Below are positions 19,249 to 29,382 of a stretch of DNA of 41,399 nucleotides, piece by piece. The notes under the pieces are model-generated. The model ran no database searches. It was not told the origin of the DNA and saw nothing but the letters and a program-made list of their open reading frames with translations. Position 1 is the stretch's first letter; each line of letters begins with the position of its first letter. Source of the stretch: Armatimonadota bacterium (GTDB taxonomy: Bacteria > Armatimonadota > UBA5829 > DTLH01). Location: assembly GCA_039680575.1 (NCBI GenBank), contig JBDKSP010000029.1, forward strand, positions 1 to 41,399, written 5' to 3'. Both the position numbers and the translations under genes were made by a program.

Positions 19249-20337
19249 ATGGATAAATTGCCTGTCCTTAAGATAGGACACCTCGAAATAGACCCTCCAT
19301 TTATCCTTGGCGGCATGGGCGTCAGAAGTACGGATCACTCTCTTGTTTCAGCAGTAGCTAATTGCGGGATGGCAGGCACTATCGCAAGTGTGGGACTGCT
19401 AAAAAAGAAATGCAAAGGACCCGCTTTTATCGATGAGTGCAACGCTGGCTTAGTTGAAGAAATACGATTATCGCGCGAACTCTCAAAAGGGATAATCGGT
19501 GTAAATATAATGGTAGCTCTGTCCAATTATGATGAGTTGGTCAAAGTTGCTGTAAATGAAAAGGTTGATTATATCATCTCCGGAGCTGGACTTCCCCTCG
19601 GACTCCCCGCAATCGCTAAGGACAGCGGTGTATGTCTTATACCAATAGTGTCATCGGCAAGAACCGCTGAGATAATCTGCAAAAGATGGTGGGGCAGGGA
19701 CAAGTACTTGCCTGACGCAATTGTTGTAGAAGGCGCACTGGCTGGTGGGCATCTGGGATTCAAGCGGGAAGAGGTCTCCAAGTGGGATAATCGAACCCTC
19801 GAATCGGTATGCACCGAAGTTATTGCTGTCGCACGAAAATACGAAGAAATGGCACGGAAACATATTCCCGTTATAGCGGCAGGCGGCGTATTCGACGGTA
19901 ACGATATCGCTCGGCTGTTCAAAATCGGCGTAGAGGGCGTTCAGATGGCTACCAGGTTCCTTGCGACTGACGAATGCTCACTTCCTATGAACTGCAAGCA
20001 GCTGATATTGGATGCTACTAAAGAAGATATGATAATCATCAACAGCCCAGTAGGGATGCCCGGCAGAGCTGTAAAAAATGAGCTGATAGAACGAATATTG
20101 AATGGCGAGAAGATGCCGATTTCCTGCCCGTACCATTGCTTAAGGACCTGTAACCCAGCAGAAGCGCCTTTCTGTATTGCGGAAGCTCTCGTCAGCGCTC
20201 ACGAAGGGGACGACAAAAAGGGTCTGATAATGGCAGGTTATAATGCATACAGGATAAAGGAAATCGTCCCCGTAAAGCAGCTTATCGATACACTCGTTGC
20301 GGAAACACTGGAAGCGCTTTATAGTAAAATTCAGTAG
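19249..20337 (+). CDS. Nitronate monooxygenase/FabK-superfamily flavoprotein with FabX-type C-terminal Cys cluster
   Basis: GGMGV, IISGAGLP, EGALAGGHLG, IAAGGV, GVQMATRF, SPVGMPGR, CPYHCLRTC...FCI. Confidence 0.85.
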   Translation: MDKLPVLKIGHLEIDPPFILGGMGVRSTDHSLVSAVANCGMAGTIASVGLLKKKCKGPAFIDECNAGLVEEIRLSRELSKGIIGVNIMVALSNYDELVKVAVNEKVDYIISGAGLPLGLPAIAKDSGVCLIPIVSSARTAEIICKRWWGRDKYLPDAIVVEGALAGGHLGFKREEVSKWDNRTLESVCTEVIAVARKYEEMARKHIPVIAAGGVFDGNDIARLFKIGVEGVQMATRFLATDECSLPMNCKQLILDATKEDMIIINSPVGMPGRAVKNELIERILNGEKMPISCPYHCLRTCNPAEAPFCIAEALVSAHEGDDKKGLIMAGYNAYRIKEIVPVKQLIDTLVAETLEALYSKIQ

Positions 20338-20654
20338 ATCATCATTTACAGAGTATTGACAATTGATGCAATAAGTAATGAATATCGTTTTGCGCAAAAT
20401 TCTTTAGAAATAATAACGGGCGGTAGTTTTTTTGATATTACCGCCCTTATAATAATACAGACTGATAATTATCTCCGTGCTTCATTATTCTGCTCCCGTA
20501 TTCTTTTTATAAAGACTCCACCATTGTCTTGGAGTGTTTCTTGAGCCTGCCAAACGTTTAGACTTAAAGCTCATTTCCTGCTACAATATAAGCGCTGTAG
20601 CGGTGCAAGTTCATCGGATATGGTCAAATATACAATAGGGGTTATTGGTGGACA

Positions 20655-21734
20655 ATGAAGACACCTGTTCTTAACGAAGTACATCAACGCGCGGGCGCGC
20701 GAATAGCTGAGTTTGCAGGATGGATGCTTCCCATACATTACGGAAGCGCTATTCGCGAAACAGAGGCAGTCCGTAATGCAGCCGGATTGTTTGATGTAAG
20801 CCATATGGGACGATTGGAAGTGATAGGGGAAGAGGCTCTTCCCGCTCTGCAGAAGCTATTCACCAACGATCTTTCGAAGCTAAGTGACGGCGGCGGGCAG
20901 TACACTCTTATGTGTAACTCCGACGGCGGCGTTATAGACGATCTTATCGCCTTTAGAAAGAAACCCGATCATTTTTATCTGGTAGTAAATGCTTCCAATC
21001 TTGATAAGGACAAAGCATGGATAGTAAACCACCTTCCGGAAAAGGTTGCTCTTGTCGACAGGACTCCTGAGACGGCGCTGGTAGCGCTTCAGGGGCCGAA
21101 CGCAACTGATATTCTGATGAAATCCGGGCTCACTGGAGTCACTGATGTCAAAAGGTTCCATTTCCTCCACGGAAAGCTTGGCAATTACGATGTCATGGTC
21201 ATGAGGACCGGTTATACTGGCGAAAACGGCTTCGAGATCGCCTGCCGGAAAGAAGATGCTGAAGCTGTCTGGAATTTACTTCTCGAAAACGGCAAGGACA
21301 AGGGACTTATTCCATGCGGGCTTGCTTCCCGGGATGTCCTGAGGACAGAAGCCGGGCTTCCGCTTTACGGACATGAGATGGATGAGAAGACTACCCCTGC
21401 CGAGGCCGGACTTATGCGATGGGTGAAGCTCGATAAGGAAGATTTCTTCGGCAGAGACGCCATTTCTAAGCTTATCGATAACGGTTTACCCAAAAAGCTG
21501 GCCGGAATCGAGATGGAAGGCCGGGATGTTCCTCGACCGGAAGATGTAGTCGAGACACCTGAAGGTAACGGCGCAGTCACGAGCGGGACGTACTCACCGA
21601 GCATCGGAAAAGGGATAGCGATGGCTTATGTGCCGCCAACGGTGCAAGATGGCGAACAGGTGAAAGTGCTGGTGCATGGTAAGCCGCGCCTCGGAACGAT
21701 CAAAAATTTACCTTTATATTCCCGCAAGAAATAG
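20655..21734 (+). CDS. gcvT: Glycine cleavage system aminomethyltransferase T
   Basis: FAGWMLP, FDVSHMG, IDDL, RTGYTGENGFE, RDVLRTEAG. Confidence 0.97.
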   Translation: MKTPVLNEVHQRAGARIAEFAGWMLPIHYGSAIRETEAVRNAAGLFDVSHMGRLEVIGEEALPALQKLFTNDLSKLSDGGGQYTLMCNSDGGVIDDLIAFRKKPDHFYLVVNASNLDKDKAWIVNHLPEKVALVDRTPETALVALQGPNATDILMKSGLTGVTDVKRFHFLHGKLGNYDVMVMRTGYTGENGFEIACRKEDAEAVWNLLLENGKDKGLIPCGLASRDVLRTEAGLPLYGHEMDEKTTPAEAGLMRWVKLDKEDFFGRDAISKLIDNGLPKKLAGIEMEGRDVPRPEDVVETPEGNGAVTSGTYSPSIGKGIAMAYVPPTVQDGEQVKVLVHGKPRLGTIKNLPLYSRKK

Positions 21735-21807
21735 TAGGATAGGCGAGCATGCCTGTCGAACCTGATATTGGTACACAAGTGCCTGTCTCCCTAATGGACA
21801 GGCACTT
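21734..21807. repeat. GTAG-footed REP-like palindromes
   Basis: GTAG-GATAGGC-gagcat-GCCTGTC and AAGTGCCTGTC-tccctaatg-GACAGGCACTT. Confidence 0.6.
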
Positions 21808-21846
21808 ACTTTGATACACACTCGTATATTCCTTAGGAGGTTTGAA

Positions 21847-22227
21847 ATGTTTCCTGATAACATCAAGTATACGAAGAGCCACGAGTGGGTCCGCGTCTCT
21901 GACGGTCTTGCCACATTCGGCATCACTGAGTTCGCCCAGGAAGAGCTGGGAGACATTGTCAATGTGGACCTGCCGTCGGTAGGCACAATGGTCCATCTGA
22001 ACGAGCCATTCGGAAGTGTTGACTCGGTCAAGGCAGTATCCGACCTCATGTCGCCGGTGACAGGAGAAGTTGTGGAAGTCAATGAAGACGTAGAGGGAAG
22101 CCCCGAACTGATTAATCAGGAGCCTTACGGCAACGGTTGGATGATTATCGTTCGGATGGAAGATACCTCAGAACTTGACGAGTTAATGGATAGCGAAGAA
22201 TATGAAAGATTCACTGAAGCGGAGTAA
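21847..22227 (+). CDS. gcvH: Glycine cleavage system H protein
   Basis: YTKSHEWV, AQEELGDIV, DSVKAVSD (lipoyl Lys), PELINQEPYGNGW; SD AGGAGG. Confidence 0.97.
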   Translation: MFPDNIKYTKSHEWVRVSDGLATFGITEFAQEELGDIVNVDLPSVGTMVHLNEPFGSVDSVKAVSDLMSPVTGEVVEVNEDVEGSPELINQEPYGNGWMIIVRMEDTSELDELMDSEEYERFTEAE

Positions 22228-23557
22228 ATTATCTTATATAGCGGCCACTGATGAAGACCGGGCAGAAATGCTAAAGGTAATCGGTGTGCCGGAGATTGAT
22301 ACATTATTTGAGCAGATACCAGAAGAAGCACGGTTAAAGAGAGATCTCAATCTTCCGCCAGGGCTCTCTGAGCAGGATGTGATGTCGCTCTGCTCCGGGA
22401 TTGCTGGCCGGAACAAAAATCTCTTTGATCTTACCTGCTTTTTGGGCGCAGGAGCTTATGACCACTACATCCCAGCAGTTGTGGACTCTGTGGTTTCCCG
22501 ATCGGAGTTTGTAACGGCGTATACGCCATACCAGCCGGAGGCAAGCCAGGGAGTGCTACAAAGTATTTTCGAGTATCAAAGCCTGATCGCTGCTCTTGCG
22601 CAGATGGAGGTATCGAACGCGAGCCTTTATGACGGCGCAACAGCCATAGGTGAGTCAGTCATTATGGCAATGCACGTAAATGGCCGAAAGAGAGCGCTTG
22701 TTTCGAAGACCGTCCATCCGAATTACCGTGAGGTAGTGAAGACCTACACAAATGGGCTCGGTATCGAGATCATTGAAGCGCCGTACGCCGAAGGTGTTAC
22801 GGATTTGGGGCAGCTTCGAGGCCAGATAGATGATTCTATTTCCTGCGTAGTAGTCCAATACCCCAACTTTTTCGGTAATATTGAGCCGCTGCAGGTGCTT
22901 GCCGACGCTGCTCATGCAGCAGGCGCGCTTTTGATCGTCTCTGTTGACCCGATTTCCCTCGGTCTTCTTACACCTCCCGGCGCATACGGTGCCGATATTG
23001 TGGTCGGAGAAGGGCAGTCGCTCGGGGTCCCTGTCGGGTTCGGAGGTCCGTTCCTTGGCCTGTTCACATGCAAAAAAGAGTTCATGTGGAAAATGCCGGG
23101 AAGAGTAGTAGGGCAGACGGTCGATGCAGATGGTAGAAGAGCATTTACTCTGACACTCCAGACCAGAGAGCAACACATCAGGCGAGAGAAGGCTACTTCC
23201 AACATCTGCTCGAATGAGGCTTTGATCGCGCTTGCAGCGACTGTTTACCTGTCAACGCTTGGCAAGAACGGACTCAAACGGGTTGCGGAGCTTTCTTTCC
23301 AGAAGGCACACTACGCGCAGAAGGAAATCTGCGGAAAAGCAGGCTACTCCATGCCGTGGAAGGCGCCTTTCTTCAAAGAATTCGTAATCAAGAGTGATAA
23401 GCCTGTCGTAGAGCTGAACGACAGACTGCTTGATAATGGTATTTTGGGCGGACTGGACCTCGGCCGGTATTATCCGGAGCTTGATGGCCATATGCTGCTG
23501 TGCGTGACAGAGAGGCGGAGGAAAGAAGAGATCGACCGCCTGGTGGAGCTGCTATAA
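22202..23557 (+). CDS. gcvPA: Glycine dehydrogenase subunit 1
   Basis: [46 protein letters not shown]; exact start uncertain. Confidence 0.96.
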   Translation: MKDSLKRSKLSYIAATDEDRAEMLKVIGVPEIDTLFEQIPEEARLKRDLNLPPGLSEQDVMSLCSGIAGRNKNLFDLTCFLGAGAYDHYIPAVVDSVVSRSEFVTAYTPYQPEASQGVLQSIFEYQSLIAALAQMEVSNASLYDGATAIGESVIMAMHVNGRKRALVSKTVHPNYREVVKTYTNGLGIEIIEAPYAEGVTDLGQLRGQIDDSISCVVVQYPNFFGNIEPLQVLADAAHAAGALLIVSVDPISLGLLTPPGAYGADIVVGEGQSLGVPVGFGGPFLGLFTCKKEFMWKMPGRVVGQTVDADGRRAFTLTLQTREQHIRREKATSNICSNEALIALAATVYLSTLGKNGLKRVAELSFQKAHYAQKEICGKAGYSMPWKAPFFKEFVIKSDKPVVELNDRLLDNGILGGLDLGRYYPELDGHMLLCVTERRRKEEIDRLVELL

Positions 23558-23558
23558 G

Positions 23559-25010
23559 ATGAAACAAGAGCCTTTGATATGCGAATTATCCAAACCGGGG
23601 CGGGTAGGGTGTACGGTGCCGGTAAACGATGTAACTGAGGTAGATGTAGCCCTCACGCTGCCGAAAGGTAGTGTCCGAGAGAGTTTACCGCTTCCCGAAG
23701 TATCTGAGCTCGATGTTGTCAGGCACTTCACGCACTTGTCAGAGAACCAGATATCGGTAGACAATAGTTTCTATCCGCTTGGTTCCTGCACGATGAAGTA
23801 CAACCCAAAGATAAACGAACGTATCGCAAACATGCCCGGATTTGCCATGCTGCATCCGCTGCAGTCTGAAAAAACCGTACAGGGCGCACTGGCGCTCATG
23901 TATGAGCTTCAGCAATACCTCGCTGAGATCGCCGGGATGGATGCGGTCACGCTTCAGCCGCTGGCAGGAGCGCAGGGCGAGCTGACGGGCATGAAGATAG
24001 TCAAAGCGTATCATGAGTCACGCGGCGACAGTGAGAGGACAATTATCCTCGTTCCTGACTCAGCACATGGCACAAACCCGGCAACGGCTGCGAGGGTAGG
24101 GTTCCAGATCCAAAAGATTCCTTCGAACGAGGAGGGGCTAGTCGATATCGAGGCTCTGAAGAAGCTTTTGGGGCCGAATATTGCTGGACTGATGCTTACA
24201 AACCCGAATACTCTCGGGCTTTTCGAATCGAACGTAATCGAGATATGCAAGATGGTCAGAGAAGCCGGAGCATTGATGTACTGCGATGGCGCGAACATGA
24301 ATGCTATTATTGGAAAAGCCCGGCCTGGGGACATGTGCTTTGATGTAATGCACTTCAATCTGCATAAGACGTTCTCAACCCCACACGGAGGCGGCGGACC
24401 GGGTTCCGGTCCTGTAGCGGTGAAGAAGTTCCTGATACCATTCCTCCCAACGCCTGTAGTCGATAAAGTTGATCAAGAATACCGATTAAACTTTGACATA
24501 CCTCAATCGATAGGCCGTGTACATTCATTCTACGGTAACTTTCTTGTGATGGTAAAGGCTTACGCATACATGAGATCATTGGGATTTGAAGGAATCAGGG
24601 AAACAAGCGAGATTGCGGTATTGAATGCGAACTACATCAGGGCAAAGCTGAGAGAGATATATCCGGTCCCGTATGACAGATACTGCATGCATGAGTTTGT
24701 AGCATCTGCCAAGGAGCACAAGAAGCGCGGTGTGAGAGCGCTTGATATTGGGAAACGGCTTCTCGACATGGGATTCCATGCACCGACCGTTTACTTCCCG
24801 CTGATTGTCGATGAGGCGATGATGGTGGAGCCTACAGAGTCCGAAAGCAAGGAGACTCTAGACGCATTTATCGATGCAATGATCGAGATAGACAGGGAAT
24901 CAAAAGAAAATCCTGATATTGTCGCGCATGCACCTCATAACACCCCGATTTCTCGTGTGGATGAGGTAACTGCCGCAAGAAAGCCTAAGCTGACATGGAT
25001 TGGCGAATAA
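23559..25010 (+). CDS. gcvPB: Glycine dehydrogenase subunit 2
   Basis: [38 protein letters not shown] (PLP Lys), EPTESE. Confidence 0.97.
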   Translation: MKQEPLICELSKPGRVGCTVPVNDVTEVDVALTLPKGSVRESLPLPEVSELDVVRHFTHLSENQISVDNSFYPLGSCTMKYNPKINERIANMPGFAMLHPLQSEKTVQGALALMYELQQYLAEIAGMDAVTLQPLAGAQGELTGMKIVKAYHESRGDSERTIILVPDSAHGTNPATAARVGFQIQKIPSNEEGLVDIEALKKLLGPNIAGLMLTNPNTLGLFESNVIEICKMVREAGALMYCDGANMNAIIGKARPGDMCFDVMHFNLHKTFSTPHGGGGPGSGPVAVKKFLIPFLPTPVVDKVDQEYRLNFDIPQSIGRVHSFYGNFLVMVKAYAYMRSLGFEGIRETSEIAVLNANYIRAKLREIYPVPYDRYCMHEFVASAKEHKKRGVRALDIGKRLLDMGFHAPTVYFPLIVDEAMMVEPTESESKETLDAFIDAMIEIDRESKENPDIVAHAPHNTPISRVDEVTAARKPKLTWIGE

Positions 25011-25711
25011 TCTCTTACGGCGAATATGACAAGGCATGGAATATGGCCGTAGATGAAGCGATTTTCGATGCGTTCATCAAAGGTGATGTTCCTCCTACTA
25101 TAAGGTTCTATGGTTGGCTGGAGCAGTCGATAACTGTCGGCAGGCTGCAGCCTATCGATACTGTCCCGGAAGGGTGGGGGAACAACATAGTCCGCCGCCC
25201 AACCGGCGGCAGAGGGGTCTATCATGGAAAAGACCTCACTTTCAGCATTGTTGTCAGCGCTGCTGCATTCGGCTCGCCTATCAAAGAATCTTATAAACGG
25301 GTAGGGAAAGCCGTAGCAAAAGCGCTGGTAGCAAAGGGTGTTTCAGCAGAGCTCTGCAGGAACACCACGCCGCCTTCAGCCGTCAGAGGAATTGGTGATT
25401 GTTTCAACCTTACGCTTGATTACGAACTGGCAGTTGAGGGTAAAAAGACGCTGGGTAGCGCTCAGGTGCGGCGTTCGGGTGCGGTACTGCAACAAAACTC
25501 ACTTCAATCCCCGTCTGGAGAACGATGGAATGATGTCAGCGGTCTGATCGGGGCAATTGTGAAATCACTTGAGTCCGAGTTTGGCGAAAAGATGGATATC
25601 GGCAACCTTACTGAAAATGAGATCAAGAATGCCCAGGAGTTTGCCGATAACAAGTATACAAACGATGATTGGAACCGGCTCGGTAGCTTGCAGGCAAAGC
25701 CCGCACTTTGA
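24995..25711 (+). CDS. Lipoate-protein ligase family, LipM-like octanoyltransferase
   Basis: [33 protein letters not shown]; overlaps gcvPB. Confidence 0.85.
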   Translation: MDWRIISYGEYDKAWNMAVDEAIFDAFIKGDVPPTIRFYGWLEQSITVGRLQPIDTVPEGWGNNIVRRPTGGRGVYHGKDLTFSIVVSAAAFGSPIKESYKRVGKAVAKALVAKGVSAELCRNTTPPSAVRGIGDCFNLTLDYELAVEGKKTLGSAQVRRSGAVLQQNSLQSPSGERWNDVSGLIGAIVKSLESEFGEKMDIGNLTENEIKNAQEFADNKYTNDDWNRLGSLQAKPAL

Positions 25712-25741
25712 TTGACATAGGTTTTTTGAGCGTGATATACT
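25712..25741 (+). promoter_or_regulatory. Sigma70 promoter of the response regulator
   Basis: TTGACA-N18-TATACT. Confidence 0.75.
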
Positions 25742-25772
25742 GAGCACGATAGTTTGAGAGGAGGCAACCTGC

Positions 25773-26186
25773 ATGGCTAGGAAGATTCTGGCCGTTGATG
25801 ATGAGAAACATATCGTCCGGCTGGTTCAGGTTAACCTGGAAAGACAGGGTTATGAGGTAGTAACTGCGAATGACGGTAAGGAAGCTCTGGAGAAAGTCGA
25901 GGCAGAGCATCCTGATCTGGTAGTATTGGATGTTATGATGCCGTATATGGACGGCTTCGAGGTTCTTCAAAATCTTAGGCGGAATCCTGCTACCAGGGAT
26001 ATACCTGTCATTATGTTGACAGCAAAAGCGCAGGATGCTGATGTATTCAAAGGATGGCAGTCCGGCGTAGATTGCTACCTGACAAAGCCGTTTAACCCGA
26101 TGGAGCTAATCTCGTTCGTCAAACGTATCTTCGGATCATTGGATGGTACAGGCGGCGGCGGTGAGAAGCGGTTCGAGATCAAATAG
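25773..26186 (+). CDS. Single-domain response regulator (CheY-like receiver)
   Basis: AVDDE, LDVMMP (phospho-Asp), MLTA, TKPF; no output domain. Confidence 0.95.
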   Translation: MARKILAVDDEKHIVRLVQVNLERQGYEVVTANDGKEALEKVEAEHPDLVVLDVMMPYMDGFEVLQNLRRNPATRDIPVIMLTAKAQDADVFKGWQSGVDCYLTKPFNPMELISFVKRIFGSLDGTGGGGEKRFEIK

Positions 26187-26225
26187 TTTGTAATCACGGG
26201 ATGACCCGTTATCAAGGAGACTGCA

Positions 26226-26423
26226 GTGGCTAAGGGAAATAAGACCTGGGCGGTAGTGTTGGGCGCAGCGGCTGGCGTAACAGCCGTTTCACTAGCTGTA
26301 GCGTGGTACATTAAATCTCACAGTGAGACACAGCCGATTAAAGATGTACAGGACGCTATCAGTCAGGCTTACGACAAGATCAAAGAGATCGAGAACATAG
26401 CAACTCTGCGGTACGCTCAATAA
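26226..26423 (+). CDS. Small single-TM protein
   Basis: SD AAGGAG, GTG start, hydrophobic N-terminal helix followed by an amphipathic helix. Confidence 0.7.
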   Translation: MAKGNKTWAVVLGAAAGVTAVSLAVAWYIKSHSETQPIKDVQDAISQAYDKIKEIENIATLRYAQ

Positions 26424-26456
26424 GGTAAACATCTAACCAAAGAAGTGTATTCTATT

Positions 26457-26488
26457 GGCCGAAGGCATTTGCGTGTCTTCGGCCTTTT
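26457..26488 (+). terminator. Intrinsic terminator
   Basis: GGCCGAAGGCA...TGTCTTCGGCC-TTTT. Confidence 0.75.
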
Positions 26489-26592
26489 GATTATCTCTTC
26501 TTGCAAAATCTTCCTGCAAGCCTCCTTGATATAACCTGACTATCTGTTGTACAATTCCGAAACGACCAAATATTATTGGGAATTATGACGAT

Positions 26593-28146
26593 TTGAAGCG
26601 TATAAAAATATTTCTCTTTATCGGAATAGTTGTCGAAATACTCATAATCGCTTTGTTCTACCTAAATAAGAGCGTAGAATATGCAGGCGGTATCGGGTTC
26701 CCACTCGATGATAGTTGGATACATTCTCACCTCGCTCGCAATTGGGCTGAAGGAAATGGAATGGTGTATAACATAGGCCATCCTGTTTCATCGACTACTA
26801 TCCTATACACGCTGCTACTGGGCATTGCATTCAAAATAGCTGTATCACCTGTTATAGATTCCATCATTCTCGGTTTATGCCTGCATGTCGCAGCTTCTTA
26901 CGTAATATATCTGATCGCCCGCAGACTTGCGGCATCGGATTTTGTTTCTATACTGGCCGCATTATTATTTGCAGCTACGCCCCGGCTTATCTGGGGCGCT
27001 ATCGGCGGGATGGAAGTGCCTTTATATGTCTTCCTGGTCACATTAGGCATATATCATCATCTGCTTTACAGATGGGACGATACTCCGCGGGCTTATCTGT
27101 CTACGGTATGGTTTGGACTATCCACACTTGCGCGTCCTGAGTGCGGCATGTTTGTAGTGCTGGCATTGATCGATAGAGGAATATCGGCATTACGCAGTCA
27201 TAACCTGCTCCGTTATATCAAAACCGTTCCATTACATATTTTAATAGCAGTTCTTCCGGTAATTCCCTGGGCAATCTTCAACTGGTCGTATTCAGGACAC
27301 CTGATGCCGCCGTCTTTTTATGCCAAAGTTACCACCGGTGGTTTACCTTTACCCGCAAGAGTCATCGTGCTTGGAATATACCTGCATCAAGCGGCGGATA
27401 TATGTCTCTTAGATAACGCTTTGTTAGCCATATGCGCAATAATCGGCATGGTAATATGCATTCTGAAAGCATTATCCTCAAAATCTGATGTTGGGTTTCT
27501 ATTACCTTTGGCGTTTCTAGGGCTCCCAACTGCTGTAGGTCAGATTTCGCCGATTCTGGAGTCCGGAGACCAACTCATCGTTCAAATTGGGCGGTACAGC
27601 GCCTATTTGGTCCCACTGTTTATACTCATGGGCGCTGTAGGAATAGATGCTGTCCTTAAGTTGATGTCACGGTATAGCCGGTTTTTGAGGCGAGCCATTG
27701 TGATTGCAGTTGTCATACTTGGATTCGGTCTATCTGTAAGTAATAACTACGCTTTGGCTGCTGTATATGCCCGCCAGGTGCAGAATATCAATGATATGCA
27801 AGCTAGTATCGGCAAATGGGCAGTCACACTTCCGCCGGGAACGGTGATGGCCTGTAATGATGTAGGAGCAATCGCTTACTATTCCAGAAAGACAGTGATA
27901 GATACTGTCGGTGTAATCAACCCGGAAGTTATCCCATATATAAATAAAAATACCAGTGACGCTATACAAGACGGTCTCTGGAAATATTTATCAAAGAGAA
28001 AACCGGCATATCTGATTATCTTTCCGGATTGGTACCCGAAGATCTCAAAACGGCCTGAGCTTCAGTTTGTCCGTTCTTACTATCTGAAAAACAATATTAT
28101 CTGCGGCGGTCAGGTAATGGTAGTCTATAAGGTGCATTGGAAATAA
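26593..28146 (+). CDS. GT-C fold polytopic membrane glycosyltransferase (PMT/Aft-like)
   Basis: FPLDDSWIH (DD loop), GMEVPL, LARPE, DVGAIAY...DTVG; many TM helices. Confidence 0.8.
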   Translation: MKRIKIFLFIGIVVEILIIALFYLNKSVEYAGGIGFPLDDSWIHSHLARNWAEGNGMVYNIGHPVSSTTILYTLLLGIAFKIAVSPVIDSIILGLCLHVAASYVIYLIARRLAASDFVSILAALLFAATPRLIWGAIGGMEVPLYVFLVTLGIYHHLLYRWDDTPRAYLSTVWFGLSTLARPECGMFVVLALIDRGISALRSHNLLRYIKTVPLHILIAVLPVIPWAIFNWSYSGHLMPPSFYAKVTTGGLPLPARVIVLGIYLHQAADICLLDNALLAICAIIGMVICILKALSSKSDVGFLLPLAFLGLPTAVGQISPILESGDQLIVQIGRYSAYLVPLFILMGAVGIDAVLKLMSRYSRFLRRAIVIAVVILGFGLSVSNNYALAAVYARQVQNINDMQASIGKWAVTLPPGTVMACNDVGAIAYYSRKTVIDTVGVINPEVIPYINKNTSDAIQDGLWKYLSKRKPAYLIIFPDWYPKISKRPELQFVRSYYLKNNIICGGQVMVVYKVHWK

Positions 28147-28206
28147 ACTGAGTAGCCGGGGGAGTGCCTATCCTCAGGCCACTCGCGTTATTAGTAATCA
28201 ATATGC

Positions 28207-28234
28207 GCGTCTGATAATAATACTTATGTTAACT
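28207..28234. other. XerC/XerD dif-like recombination site
   Basis: GCGTCTGATAA-TAATAC-TTATGTTAACT in the 11-6-11 layout; the XerD arm closely matches TTATGTTAAAT. Confidence 0.6.
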
Positions 28235-28371
28235 TGCCATTTATCCTAGAATTATCAGCTACCAGCCCGGGGTCCCCCATCATCATACGAAACAATCCAA
28301 CACGCAGCGTTGACCGAATAAGCTGCGCGAACATATAATGATTGTGTGATATACTACCGAAGGGATTCTGA

Positions 28372-29217
28372 GTGCTTTTATCCATAATCATAGTCAACTG
28401 GAATACAACCCGTCTGCTGGAAGCGTGCCTGGATTCTATCTACCGGCATGCGCCCGGTTTTGACTTTGAATCCATTGTAATAGATAATGCTTCCAATGAT
28501 TTCGATACGCATGCTCTCTCTCTTCAGTTTCCACGAGCCACGATAATTGCAAACGACCGCAATCGCGGCTATGCGGAGGGCAATAACCAGGGAATCGAAC
28601 GCGCATCGGGGCGTTATGTTCTCCTCCTTAATCCAGATACCGAAGTAAAGAACGATACTCTCGCAAAACTCGTAGAGTTCATGGAAGCTCATCCGTGTGC
28701 TGCAAGCGCGGGATGCAGGTTGATAAGGCCGGACGGCTCCATTGACCGTTCTGTTCGGGGGTTTCCGGAACCTGCCGCTGTGGCATCGGAGTTATTCGGG
28801 CTCTCCCGGCTGTTTCCAAAAAGCAAAAAGCTCGGCGCTTACCGCATGACCTGGTTCGATTACGAGACTGAGGCAGAAGTCGATCAACCGATGGGTTCCT
28901 GCCTAATTCTATCGCGTAAAGCAGTAGATGAGATCGGGCTTCTCGATCCGGACTTCCCGATATTTTTCAATGAAGTAGACTGGTGCTACCGTGCAAAACA
29001 GGCCGGATGGGAGATCTATTTTACTCCTGTCGCAGAAGTGATCCACCACGGCGGATCTAGTACGAAACAGGTGCGTCGTGTGATGCGCCGCGAGTCGCAC
29101 AGGTCGCTTGCGCGGTTTTATAAGAAGCATTACGAAAAGAAACTGTTTCCTTCTGTCTACCGGCTTATCATCGCAGCTATAAAGCTGAGCGAGATATTAC
29201 AGAGTTTCAGGAGATAA
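28372..29217 (+). CDS. GT2 glycosyltransferase (WbbL/rhamnosyltransferase-like)
   Basis: IIIVNWN, IDNAS, NRGYAEGNN, LLNPD, FFNEVDWC, HHGGSS. Confidence 0.92.
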   Translation: MLLSIIIVNWNTTRLLEACLDSIYRHAPGFDFESIVIDNASNDFDTHALSLQFPRATIIANDRNRGYAEGNNQGIERASGRYVLLLNPDTEVKNDTLAKLVEFMEAHPCAASAGCRLIRPDGSIDRSVRGFPEPAAVASELFGLSRLFPKSKKLGAYRMTWFDYETEAEVDQPMGSCLILSRKAVDEIGLLDPDFPIFFNEVDWCYRAKQAGWEIYFTPVAEVIHHGGSSTKQVRRVMRRESHRSLARFYKKHYEKKLFPSVYRLIIAAIKLSEILQSFRR

Positions 29218-29280
29218 AGTAACAGCCAAAAGTTATATAAACAGTTCTCTGATGTAGCTTTATCTGTTGATTTTACACTT

Positions 29281-29312
29281 ATACCTGAAACTCTTCCGGA
29301 AGATTTTCGGCT
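29281..29312 (-). repeat. Partial copy of the nested insert
   Basis: ATACCTGAAACTCTTCCGGAAGATTTTCGGCT is the reverse complement of the AGCCGAAAATCTTCCGG..GAGTTTCAGGTA core at about 5972-6003. Confidence 0.7.
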
Positions 29313-29382
29313 GATTAATTAACAGCCAGTCATATATTGGTTGTTGCCGAAAATCTATAGGTGGGCGATAGAGAGTATATAC

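Noticed and set aside
20340..20654. Glycine riboswitch before gcvT
   Set aside because: No GGAGA/CCGAAG/CTCTCAGG aptamer motifs; only a hairpin and a promoter-like sequence
26525..26552. Second dif-like site left of the GT-C gene
   Set aside because: Arms are too degenerate and the spacer is off by one
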